Shown here piece after piece: positions 63,327-64,000 of a stretch of 64,000 nucleotides of DNA; the stretch's first letter is position 1, and every line of letters starts with the position of its first letter. The stretch comes from an uncultured delta proteobacterium. GTDB lineage: Bacteria; Desulfobacterota; Syntrophobacteria; Syntrophobacterales; Syntrophobacteraceae. Where the stretch lies: assembly GCA_963808625.1 (NCBI GenBank), contig CAWEHK010000052.1, positions 9,105-73,104 of the forward strand, written 5' to 3'. The position numbers and the translations under genes are program-made. The notes below the pieces were generated by a model, which was not told the DNA's origin, searched no databases, and saw only the letters and a program-made list of their open reading frames with translations.

Positions 63327-64000
63327 ATGGAACCTGTCTTTATCAAGAACTACACATTACCCGATCTCGAGAGTTGGGTAGAGAGCATCGGGGAGGCGCG
63401 GTTTCGGGCCCGCCAGCTCTTTCGGCACGTCTACAACCGCCGCATTCACTCCTGGAATGAATGCAGTGATCTGAGCAAGCGTTCCGGACGCAACTGGAGT
63501 TCGGTGCCCGTCTGAACGCCTCGAATGTGGTGGAAAAACGCGAAGCTTCCGATGACACCATCAAGTACCTGTTCGGGTTGCACGACGGACATTTGATCGA
63601 ATCGGTGCTGATCCCGGACCCTCCCCGCTGTACCCTCTGCATCTCGAGCCAGGTGGGATGTGCTTTTCAGTGCCGGTTCTGTCTCACCGGCAGTCTCGGC
63701 TTCAAACGCAACTTGAGCACCGCTGAAATTGTCGATCAGGTCTGCCAGGTGCAGCAGGACCAGGGAGCTCGCCGCAGGATCACGAATATTGTCTTCATGG
63801 GAATGGGAGAGCCGCTTGCAAATTACGCATCGGTTCTGAGGGCTATCCGTATCATGGTTGATCCCAATGGGCTGGCTTTTTCGCATCGCCGCATTACGCT
63901 TTCGACGGCGGGAATGGTCCCGCAACTGCGCCTGCTTGGCAAGGAAAGCCCGGTGAACCTCGCCATCAGCCTGCATGCTCCCGACGATGCCCTCCGCAGC
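63327..64000 (+). CDS. rlmN: 23S rRNA/tRNA m2A radical-SAM methyltransferase (runs off window; frameshift near 63480)
   Basis: FRARQL, IESVLI, CISSQVGC...CRFC.TG, NIVFMGMGEP, ITLSTAG, LAISLHA. Confidence 0.93.

Noticed and set aside
1..64000. Programmed frameshifting or mass pseudogenisation to explain the many split genes
   Set aside because: The shifts hit conserved genes (hdrA, rlmN, liv, por) at arbitrary sites without shared slippery motifs while the protein motifs stay intact. This is typical of unpolished long-read indels; read pile-ups would decide.

Overview
GC-rich bacterial chromosome segment. Gene content (Flx-Hdr, tungsten-type AOR, rubrerythrin, a Sec-containing HesB-like protein) suggests an anaerobic Desulfobacterota/Syntrophobacterales-like organism; this is an inference. 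Many otherwise intact genes are split by single-base frameshifts, most simply explained as uncorrected assembly indels. Order along the window: hdrA(3' part)-flxDCBA, rubrerythrins, tRNA-Glu(TTC), then an accessory-looking stretch (Met gamma-lyase, AOR, DUF808, a secreted gingipain-like protease plus thioester-domain-like pair, aqpZ, vWA-OmpA, decayed two-component genes, AAA-DUF4143). Next come a paaK-ACT-livKHMGF-paaK2 operon, housekeeping genes, a 2-oxoacid oxidoreductase operon with a GltD-like/ferredoxin fusion, a GH13 fragment, an AbrB-PIN toxin-antitoxin pair, DUF711/ACT, PaaI, DUF169, a HesB selenoprotein, a DD-carboxypeptidase, an orphan mreB, hydantoinase-like and HDAC genes, and rlmN. 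The most notable signals not evident from the ORF track are four: (1) a complete Phe/Tyr leader-peptide attenuator in front of the phenylacetate-CoA ligase/ABC operon; (2) an unknown ORF with an in-frame UGA followed by a SECIS-like hairpin; (3) a thioester-domain-like protein with Ser at the reactive Cys position next to a C25-like protease; (4) a 118-nt multi-stem RNA candidate upstream of the DD-carboxypeptidase. Intergenic DNA is rich in REP/MITE-like palindromes and heptamer tandem repeats.
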